A stretch of DNA of 64,000 bases, taken from assembly GCA_036651955.1 (NCBI GenBank), contig JAVVWU010000005.1:1153-65152 (forward strand), given 5' to 3'. A program made the translations under genes and the position numbers. The first letter of the stretch is position 1; the number at the start of each line of letters is the position of its first letter. The notes below the pieces were generated by a model. That model had not been told where the DNA came from, ran no database searches, and worked only from the letters and a program-made list of their open reading frames with translations. Positions 29,981-36,961 of this stretch are shown one piece after another. This stretch comes from Kiritimatiellia bacterium. Lineage in GTDB: Bacteria > Verrucomicrobiota > Kiritimatiellia > RFP12 > DVOR01.

Positions 29981-30347
29981 ATTCTGCATAAGTCCACATA
30001 AGAGGTCTGAATCGAAACGACACTTATGCAGAATGGCACAGTTGATGGCATGGTGGGGAGGCGGTGCGCCTCAGTGAGGTAAGCCCTCTACCTCACTGAG
30101 GTACGAGGTTAGGGTCAGTGAGGTACGAGCTCTACCTCAGTGAGGTGCGCAATCGAACCTTTTGGAATATCTCTTGAAATCTTCAGTAGGTATCAATAAA
30201 GCACAGAGAATCAATAGCTAAAAAGTTCGCTTGCGCGGACAGTCTGCTGTAATTTAGGAAAGCTCCCTCTCGCTCTTCCAAAGCGGAATATTTCAGGAGG
30301 CTAATTCTGCATAAGTGTTGTTAAGAAACAGAGACTCTATTTGAATT
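29981..30347 (+). repeat. Composite intergenic repeat element, copy A (paralogous to 61014-61378)
   Basis: Long near-identical blocks are shared with copy B. They are the ATTCTGCATAAGT / ACTTATGCAGAAT inverted pair, the CCTCAGTGAGGTA palindrome array, TTTTGGAATATCTCTTGAAATCTTC-GTAGGTATCAATAA, and a distal ATTCTGCATAAGTGTTGTTAAGAAACA block. Confidence 0.8.
30069..30146. repeat. Array of four TACCTCA-N-TGAGGTA palindromes with centres exactly 22 bp apart (copy A)
   Basis: Palindrome centres are at 30074, 30096, 30118 and 30140. The array can also be read as two tandem hairpins (30069-30101 with a 13-bp stem, and 30116-30142 with a 10-bp stem and one mismatch), each with a 7-nt loop. Confidence 0.8.
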
Positions 30348-30500
30348 ATCGACCGCTGCACGGAGAGGTAAGGAGTACTCAAAGACGGATGAAGTTTTGC
30401 GCTTAATCTTTCCTCTATATGAGGTATACAGATTCAATATCAGATTTGTGATCGCTCTTTCGATTGGAAAGGATGTGTGAAGAATATCCGTATTTATTGC

Positions 30501-30529
30501 TTGACCGGCAAGAGGTTCTATGGTATTTT
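30501..30529 (+). promoter_or_regulatory. Candidate sigma-70-type promoter for the small basic ORF
   Basis: TTGACC, a 17-nt spacer, then TATTTT. It lies about 45 nt upstream of ATG 30574. Confidence 0.3.
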
Positions 30530-30573
30530 ATTCGGACTTTTGTACATCGTATCAGAGATTCGGAGGATTTCAA

Positions 30574-30777
30574 ATGGGAACAGGTCGTACCCTTAATAAG
30601 AAGCCGGCAACACGTCCGGTCAAGTCTGTTGGTGAACGTCGTCGTCGTGATGCTGTTCAGCGCAAGCGTTTGATTGCATTTGGCATGGATGAAGTTGTTG
30701 TTGCAAAACTCAACGCCGTGCAGATTCGTGATTTTTTGCGTACGCCAGCGAAGACTAAAGCCGCTTTCGCGCAGTAA
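30574..30777 (+). CDS. Small highly basic hypothetical protein (67 aa)
   Basis: The ATG at 30574 is preceded by GGAGGA. The protein begins MGTGRTLNKKPATRPVKSVGERRRRDAVQRKRL. A strong terminator follows the gene. Confidence 0.5.
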   Translation: MGTGRTLNKKPATRPVKSVGERRRRDAVQRKRLIAFGMDEVVVAKLNAVQIRDFLRTPAKTKAAFAQ

Positions 30778-30800
30778 TTTGCGGGTAGCGTTAAGCAACA

Positions 30801-30836
30801 GCACATCCGCACTGCGGGTGTGCTTTGTTTTGTCTT
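30801..30836 (+). terminator. Rho-independent terminator after the small basic ORF
   Basis: GCACATCCGC-act-GCGGGTGTGC forms a 10-bp stem with one G-U pair, followed by TTTGTTTTGTCTT. Confidence 0.65.
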
Positions 30837-30850
30837 AAAAGGAGGTTGCA

Positions 30851-32191
30851 ATGTCACGTGATTTTCTTGACCGATTGGCTGCACGGCGGAAGTTTGGTAT
30901 TTGTCCGGGGCTTGAAACGATGCGTGCACTGTGTGCGGCATTGGGGAATCCGGAACGTGAGTTTGCAGTTATTCATATTGCCGGGACGAATGGCAAGGGA
31001 AGTGTGGCGGCGATTTGCGAGTCGGCTTTACGTACGATGGGGTTGCCCGTGGCGCGTTACACCTCGCCGCATTTGGTACGTGTGAATGAGCGCTTTGTCA
31101 TTCATGGGGAGCCGGTGGATGATGAGACGTTGACGTCGGCATTGGATCGTGTGGAGGCGGTCTGTGTGCAGACGGGCTTGGAACCGACCTTTTTTGAAGT
31201 TTTGACCGCATGTGCATGGGTTCTTTTTCGTGATGCTGGGATTCGCTTGGTGGTTGCTGAAGTGGGAATGGGCGGACGTTGGGACGCGACGAACGTTATT
31301 GAGTCTCCTCTTGTTTCGGTGATTACGCACGTGGCGCTCGATCATTGTGCCATTTTAGGTGATACGATTGAGGCAATCGCAGGAGAGAAGGCGGGAATTA
31401 TAAAAGAGCGGCGTCCGGTCGTAATTGGTGCCATGGATCCACGCGCACGCGCGGTCCTTCTGAAGGTGGCGGCAGAACGTCATGCGCCGCTTCATGATGC
31501 GGCAGAGGAAATTCGTGTGACGGTGGCGCGTCGAACCATTCATGGGCAGACACTTCAATGTTCTTCGGCAACGTGTGATTATCCGGCGGCATTGACGCGG
31601 TTGGCAGGATCGTATCAGGTGGAGAATGCGGCAACGGCACTATGTGCGTTGGAGCGGCTGAATGAACAAGGACTTGAAATTGCGCCGAAAGCGTTTTCCG
31701 AGGGTATGCGTACGGTGGTTTGGCAGGGGCGGTGCCAATTGATTGCTTCGGATCCTACGACCTTTTTGGATGGCGGACATAATCCAGATGCGTTAAGAGC
31801 TTTACGTGAAGCGTTGAAGTCGATGAACCTTCGCCGCAATGTGGCATTGGTGTGTGGCTTTTGTGAGGATAAGGCGGTGAAGGACGCATTGCGCGAGATT
31901 GCGCCAATCGTTTCTGCGGCGTGGACGGTACCGATTGCGAATGGGCGCAGTTTGCCTTCATCGGCGGTGGCGGAAGCAGCGCGTGGCGCAGGCATTCCTA
32001 CCGTTACGGCAATGGCGTCGGTTTCAGAGGCGATAGAGGCTGCGACGGAATGGGCGCAGGAGAATCGCGGAACGGTGCTGATTTGCGGTTCACTTTTCTT
32101 AGTCGGAGAGGTGTTAATTCTCCGTGGAGATGCCGAGGGCGATACGCTTGATCCGAGTGAGCAGGTGCGGGCGACACGCAAGCATGAGTGA
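30851..32191 (+). CDS. folC: Bifunctional folylpolyglutamate synthase / dihydrofolate synthase
   Basis: 446 aa with the P-loop HIAGTNGKGS and Mur-ligase-family motifs (VAEVGMGGRWDATN, FLDGGHNPDA). The RBS is AAAGGAGG. Confidence 0.9.
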   Translation: MSRDFLDRLAARRKFGICPGLETMRALCAALGNPEREFAVIHIAGTNGKGSVAAICESALRTMGLPVARYTSPHLVRVNERFVIHGEPVDDETLTSALDRVEAVCVQTGLEPTFFEVLTACAWVLFRDAGIRLVVAEVGMGGRWDATNVIESPLVSVITHVALDHCAILGDTIEAIAGEKAGIIKERRPVVIGAMDPRARAVLLKVAAERHAPLHDAAEEIRVTVARRTIHGQTLQCSSATCDYPAALTRLAGSYQVENAATALCALERLNEQGLEIAPKAFSEGMRTVVWQGRCQLIASDPTTFLDGGHNPDALRALREALKSMNLRRNVALVCGFCEDKAVKDALREIAPIVSAAWTVPIANGRSLPSSAVAEAARGAGIPTVTAMASVSEAIEAATEWAQENRGTVLICGSLFLVGEVLILRGDAEGDTLDPSEQVRATRKHE

Positions 32192-32954
32192 GACTTCTTC
32201 GCGCCAGACGACCGTTGTTACGGGAGAGGAACCGCCAGTTAATTTCGATGTTCGCTGGATTTATGAAGATGCGCGCATGTTGGTTGTGGACAAGCCTGCC
32301 GATTTACCGGTGCATCCGGCTGGAAAATATTGTCAGCATACGCTATTGGCATGGTTGCATCGTGTTCGCCCCGAGATTCCTATTTTTCATTTATTGACGC
32401 GTCTTGATCGTGAGACGGCAGGATTGATTCTGATTGCACGCGATCCTTTGACGGCAAAAGTCCTTCAACGTTCTCCGAAATTGAAACGTTATCGCGTGAT
32501 TGTCGAAGGCGAGTTCCCCGCGGAAACATTTTGTTGCGTCGGGACGTTACGACGAGATCCAACTTCGATTATCCGTAAAAAATTAAAGCTTGAGGAGATG
32601 CGGAGTGCGCCTTATGCGCTGGCGGTTCCAGAAGGTTCAATGGCGGTAGGGACGTGGTTTCAACGGATTGGAAAAGGGCCTTGGGCGGGAACCTCGTGGG
32701 TCGAAGCGCGACTCCTTACGGGGCGGACGCACCAAATTCGCGCAACATTGTTAGCCTTGGGCTTCCCCGTGGTGGGAGATAAGATTTATGGACGAGATGA
32801 GACGTGCTTTTTACGTTTCATAGAAGATCGATTAACGGCGGCCGATCGCACGTTATTACGACTGCCGAATCAAGCGCTGATGGCATGGCAACTGGAGATT
32901 GAAGGGCATTGTTTTGAATCGGTGCGTTCACTCGGGGGCAACGGTTTTGTTTAA
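32184..32954 (+). CDS. RluA-family pseudouridine synthase
   Basis: It has VVDKPADLPVHP, the catalytic Asp motif (LTRLDRETAGLILIA) and GRTHQIRATL. The ATG at 32184 overlaps the folC stop. Confidence 0.8.
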   Translation: MSETSSRQTTVVTGEEPPVNFDVRWIYEDARMLVVDKPADLPVHPAGKYCQHTLLAWLHRVRPEIPIFHLLTRLDRETAGLILIARDPLTAKVLQRSPKLKRYRVIVEGEFPAETFCCVGTLRRDPTSIIRKKLKLEEMRSAPYALAVPEGSMAVGTWFQRIGKGPWAGTSWVEARLLTGRTHQIRATLLALGFPVVGDKIYGRDETCFLRFIEDRLTAADRTLLRLPNQALMAWQLEIEGHCFESVRSLGGNGFV

Positions 32955-32999
32955 GCTTTTGTTGTCATTCTCATCTGTCAAAATGCTAAACTAGAACGT

Positions 33000-33839
33000 A
33001 TGAAAACTTTTCTAATAGTTCCTGCTGTTCTTTTTGCACTTACTCTTTCTGCCAAGGAGCAGTGCGTTTGGCGTGATGAATTTAACGGTACATCGTTGAA
33101 CTCACACTTTTGGACAGCTGAAACGAATTTCGTCCGCAATATTGATGCGGTGCAAATTTATACCGATCGCATCGAAAATCTTCATTTGAGTGAAGGTGCA
33201 TTGCAATTAACCTCTCGCCATGAAACATTTGAGAGTACAAATTGTAAGCCCGAGAGTCCGCGGTGGTGGGAAAGCCGAAAGACGGCGCATTACACTTCCG
33301 GGTCGGTAAACTCTAAGGGGAAGGTCGAATTTTGTTACGGACGATTGGAATTTCGTGCGCGTATTGAGCATGGGCGTGGCGTATGGCCGGCATTGTGGTT
33401 AGTCGGGACGCGTCCCGGGTGGCCTGCGTGTGGTGAGATTGATGTGATGGAATATGTTTCACAGAACCCGAAAACGATTCACGTGACGTGTCATTGGACA
33501 ATGGATGAAATTTACAATCATCCGACGGCGCAGCGACATTGCAACACAATTGATGGGCAGTGGCACGTGTATGGATTGAATTGGACGCCAGAAAAGATTG
33601 AAGTGACGTTTGACGGGAAGTTGATTTATATCTTAAATCTTGACGATACGAAGGGGCTTTCAGGGAAGTCGCCTTTTCGCGATCATACGTTCTACATTAT
33701 TTTGAATCAGGCGGTTGCTGGATGGTCGGAATCTCCCGTGGCGGAAGATTATCCGCGCACATTCGCGATTGACTACGTGCGCCTTTATCAAGATCCACGA
33801 ATGAAGCAACGTATTTTGGATGTTGGCAAGCAGCAATAA
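33000..33839 (+). CDS. Glycoside hydrolase family 16 (beta-glucanase/laminarinase-like), secreted
   Basis: It has a signal peptide (MKTFLIVPAVLFALTLSA) and the GH16 catalytic motif in GEIDVMEY. WPALWLVG and GLNWTPEKIEVTFDG are also present. Confidence 0.8.
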   Translation: MKTFLIVPAVLFALTLSAKEQCVWRDEFNGTSLNSHFWTAETNFVRNIDAVQIYTDRIENLHLSEGALQLTSRHETFESTNCKPESPRWWESRKTAHYTSGSVNSKGKVEFCYGRLEFRARIEHGRGVWPALWLVGTRPGWPACGEIDVMEYVSQNPKTIHVTCHWTMDEIYNHPTAQRHCNTIDGQWHVYGLNWTPEKIEVTFDGKLIYILNLDDTKGLSGKSPFRDHTFYIILNQAVAGWSESPVAEDYPRTFAIDYVRLYQDPRMKQRILDVGKQQ

Positions 33840-34039
33840 TCGGCGTGTAGGTTGCTCTCTGATTGAGAGCCGTTATGATAAAATTTGAAGTGCTGGCAAT
33901 CGGAGTTGCGTGGCATGCTGAACAATTGATGGAAGAGTGAAAATCAACGAAGAATTTGCGTTCAGAGCGAGAGATTGATTACTTGTGTAAAAGAGCTGAT
34001 GTTGGGAAGGGAGCGTGCGAAGTGGATAATTATGGCGAA

Positions 34040-35038
34040 ATGCTGATTTATCAGACGGAAGATGGTTTGACCAAAATAGATGTTAATCTGCAGGACGAAA
34101 CTGTATGGCTTAGTCAAGAACAAATGGCAGACTTGTTTCAGAGAAATAAATCTACGATTTCAAGACACATTAAAATTTTTTTTGAATTTGGTGAACTGGA
34201 TGTAAAAGTGGTTGTTGCGTAATTTGCAACAACCACTCCACATGGTGCGATGGATGGAAAAACGCAAAGCAGCATGACAAGATTTTACAATCTCGATGTT
34301 ATTATCTCCGTTGGTTATCGTGTGAAATCACAACGTGGTGTGCAGTTTCGCATATGGGCAACAAGCATCCTGAAAGAGTACATCAAAAAAGGCTTTGCAA
34401 TGGATGATGACCGCCTGAAAGAACTGGGCGGTGGCGGATATTTTAGAGAACTGTTGGAACGTATTCGCGATATTAGAGCATCGGAAAAGGTCTTTTATCG
34501 ACAGGTGCTTGAAATTTATGCAACAAGCGTGGACTACAATCCAAAAGCAGAGCTCTCCATCCAATTTTTCAAGCGCGTACAGAATGAAATCCACTATGCC
34601 GTTTCTGGCGAAACTGCCGCGGAGGTGATTTATCACCGTGCCGATGCAGAAAAAGACTTTATGGGACTTATGACCTTTTCGGGAGAACAGCCAACGCTTC
34701 GGGAAGCAAAAATTGCTAAGAATTATCTGAACGAGAAAGAATTGCGTTCAATGGGTCAGCTTGTTTCTGGATATCTTGATTTCGCTGAAAGGCAGGCGGA
34801 AAGAGAAGTGCCGATGACAATGGAAGGTTGGGCAAAGCACCTTGATGGAATTTTGACAGCAACGGGTGAAAAACTTCTTACTGGAAGTGGCACGGTCAGC
34901 CACTTGCAGGCTGTAGAAAAGGCTCAGATTGAATTTAAGAAATATAAAGCAAAAACACTGAGCAATGTGGAAAAAGACTATTTGGAGAGCATCAAACTAC
35001 TGGAACAAAAAGGGAAGAGTGGAAAGACGTTATTCTGA
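34040..35038 (+). pseudogene. RhuM-family protein gene interrupted by an in-frame TAA (34220-34222)
   Basis: MLIYQTEDGLTKIDVNLQDETVWLSQEQMADLFQ...VVA-stop-FATTTPHGAMDGKTQSSMTRFYNLDVIISVGYRVKSQRGVQFRIWAT reads as a continuous RhuM-like sequence in one frame (both ORFs are in frame 2). A TTG start at 33956 is also possible. Confidence 0.6.
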
Positions 35039-35061
35039 AAATGTGAATCTGTGGAGGAAGT

Positions 35062-35574
35062 ATGATATTGGAAACAGAAAGACTGTATCTACGAGAAATG
35101 AAGCAATCTGATTTTGAAACTTTGTGCAACATATTACAGGATGAAGATACGATGTATGCGTATGAAGGAGCATTCAGTGATAAAGAAGTTCAAGAATGGC
35201 TGGATAGGCAGATTGGTCGTTATCATCAATGGAACTTCGGTTTATGGGCAGTAATTTTGAAAGAAACGGATGAGATGGTTGGTCAAGGTGGGCTTACAAT
35301 ACAACCGTGGAAAGAAAATGAAGTACTTGAAATAGGATATCTTTTCGAACGTCAATATTGGCATAATGGCTACGCTACTGAAGCTGCAATCGCTTGTAAA
35401 AAGTATGCTTTTGAAATATTGGGTGCAGATGAAGTTTGCTCAATTATTAGAGATTCAAATATAGCATCTCAGAATGTGGCTATTAGAAATGGCATGGTAG
35501 TGGAAAGTACGTGGACAAAGCATTATAGAGGTGTGATAATGCCACATTATCGTTATGTTGTATATCACGAATAA
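35062..35574 (+). CDS. GNAT-family N-acetyltransferase (RimJ/RimL-like)
   Basis: 170 aa with TERLYLREMKQSDFE, LEIGYLFERQYWHNGYATEAA and NIASQNVAIRNGM, typical of Acetyltransf_3-type GNATs. Confidence 0.8.
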   Translation: MILETERLYLREMKQSDFETLCNILQDEDTMYAYEGAFSDKEVQEWLDRQIGRYHQWNFGLWAVILKETDEMVGQGGLTIQPWKENEVLEIGYLFERQYWHNGYATEAAIACKKYAFEILGADEVCSIIRDSNIASQNVAIRNGMVVESTWTKHYRGVIMPHYRYVVYHE

Positions 35575-35833
35575 AGTTCTATATAAACCGAACCTATTCA
35601 GTAACTACCATTGCTTGTTTCCGTAAATATAATCTCTGCGTTCAAAGCTCGTTGATCTATTCACAAGTGAAAGCGAAGAGGCAAAGTACCCTTCATCTAC
35701 TTTACTGAAATACAAGATTTTTTGATTTGTTCACTCAAAGATAGAGATCCGTGGGCTTATTACTCGTAATAATGAGGCTAAGATTCCCAATGGCTATTAA
35801 CAGTAACCGCTCACGCTATGTTAAAATAGCCCT

Positions 35834-36961
35834 ATGAACTTTTATGGACGCTTAAATGAGGGCTTGGAGGCGTTACGTGCGCAAGAGTGTTTGCGAACAT
35901 TGCCGAAGGTGCCTTCGGGCTTAGTAAATCTTTCTTCCAATGATTATTTGGGGCTGCTCGAAGAGGTGGAGCTGCGGGAGTCTTTTTATGCACAGTTGCA
36001 AGGAGACGATCGCTTCTTGAGTGCGGCGTCGTCTCGGTTACTCACCGGAAATACGGCGGCTGTATGTGCTTTAGAGCGTGATTTGGCGCATCTTTATGAT
36101 GCGGAAACGTCTCTTGTTTTGGGATCTGGTTATCATGCCAATACGGGGATTATACCGGCACTGGCAGGCTCCAAGACGCTGATTTTGGCTGACAAGTTAA
36201 TTCACGCCAGTATGATTGACGGTATTCGGCTTTCAGGGTGTCGTTATTTTCGTTATCGCCATAATGATCTGACGCATGCACGCCAATTGTTGGAACGGTA
36301 TAGTGCGGAGTTTGACGAGGTCATTGTGATGACCGAAAGCGTTTTTTCAATGGATGGCGACCGAACCGATTTGGCGGAATTGGTCGCGCTTAAGACAAGC
36401 TTTCCCAACGTTGTTCTCTATCTTGATGAAGCGCATGGGGTCGGCGTTTTTGGTGAAACGGGGTTGGGGTGTGCGCACGCATTGAAGCTGCATCATCAGA
36501 TTGATCTTCTTGTCGGAACGTTGGGGAAAGCGCTTTCTTCTACCGGCGCCTATGTCATTTGCAACGCGACGGTGCGCGAGACTTTGGTAAATCGTATGCG
36601 TCCCTTCATTTTCACAACGGCGTTACCGCCGATCAATCTTGCGTGGACACGCTTCGTCTTGTCCGCTCTTCCTGCGATGGGGGAACGTCGTACGCGGTTG
36701 CTTGCGATGGGGCAACGCTTGGTGGCGGCATTTCGGACGAAAGGGATTGAATGTGTCTCGGACTCGCAGATTGTGCCGTATTTGATCGGTTCCAATGAGC
36801 AGACAATTGCCTGTGCGGAAAAGTTTCGCCATGCCGGTTTTTATGTGCTTCCCATTCGCCCGCCAACGGTGCCAGAAGGAAGTTCGCGATTGCGGTTTTC
36901 ACTTACGGCAGCGATTTCCAATAGGGACTTTGAACGTCTTTTGGAGATCGTCGCATCATGA
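35834..36961 (+). CDS. bioF: 8-amino-7-oxononanoate synthase-like PLP enzyme (alpha-oxoamine synthase family)
   Basis: 375 aa with SNDYLGL, SGYHANTG, ESVFSMDGD and the PLP-lysine region GTLGKAL. Confidence 0.7.
   Translation: MNFYGRLNEGLEALRAQECLRTLPKVPSGLVNLSSNDYLGLLEEVELRESFYAQLQGDDRFLSAASSRLLTGNTAAVCALERDLAHLYDAETSLVLGSGYHANTGIIPALAGSKTLILADKLIHASMIDGIRLSGCRYFRYRHNDLTHARQLLERYSAEFDEVIVMTESVFSMDGDRTDLAELVALKTSFPNVVLYLDEAHGVGVFGETGLGCAHALKLHHQIDLLVGTLGKALSSTGAYVICNATVRETLVNRMRPFIFTTALPPINLAWTRFVLSALPAMGERRTRLLAMGQRLVAAFRTKGIECVSDSQIVPYLIGSNEQTIACAEKFRHAGFYVLPIRPPTVPEGSSRLRFSLTAAISNRDFERLLEIVAS

Noticed and set aside
29981-30034. A dif/Xer-like site, suggested by the resemblance of TTCTGCATAA to the XerC arm (GGTGCGCATAA) of E. 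coli dif.
   Set aside because: The two arms are 27-28 nt apart instead of 6. The distal copy lacks a convincing XerD-arm partner. The motif also occurs at two loci about 31 kb apart, whereas a chromosome has a single dif site.
29806-30051. An 81-aa minus-strand ORF overlapping the left part of repeat copy A.
   Set aside because: There is no equivalent ORF in copy B, where ORF 60775-60987 covers a different region and frame. The translation is not conserved between the copies, and no RBS is present.
30069-30146. A possible CRISPR array, suggested by the repeated CCTCAGTGAGGTA units.
   Set aside because: There are only four units at a 22-bp period, so there is no room for spacers. The units alternate as inverted repeats, no cas genes are present, and the whole block is duplicated at a second locus.
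29975-30350. A purine- or folate-sensing riboswitch (ZTP/pfl or THF) upstream of folC and purC.
   Set aside because: I could not find the conserved pfl or THF core sequences. The element ends 180-230 nt before the start codons, and separate promoter-like sequences lie in between. For folC, a complete small gene with its own terminator also intervenes.
33850-35830. A mobile element, prophage or toxin-antitoxin reading of the RhuM + GNAT islet.
   Set aside because: No integrase, transposase, terminal repeats or tRNA target are visible. The GNAT resembles RimJ/RimL-type acetyltransferases rather than the TacT/AtaT toxin type, and no small antitoxin ORF precedes it. Only the weaker claim of an AT-rich acquired remnant is retained.
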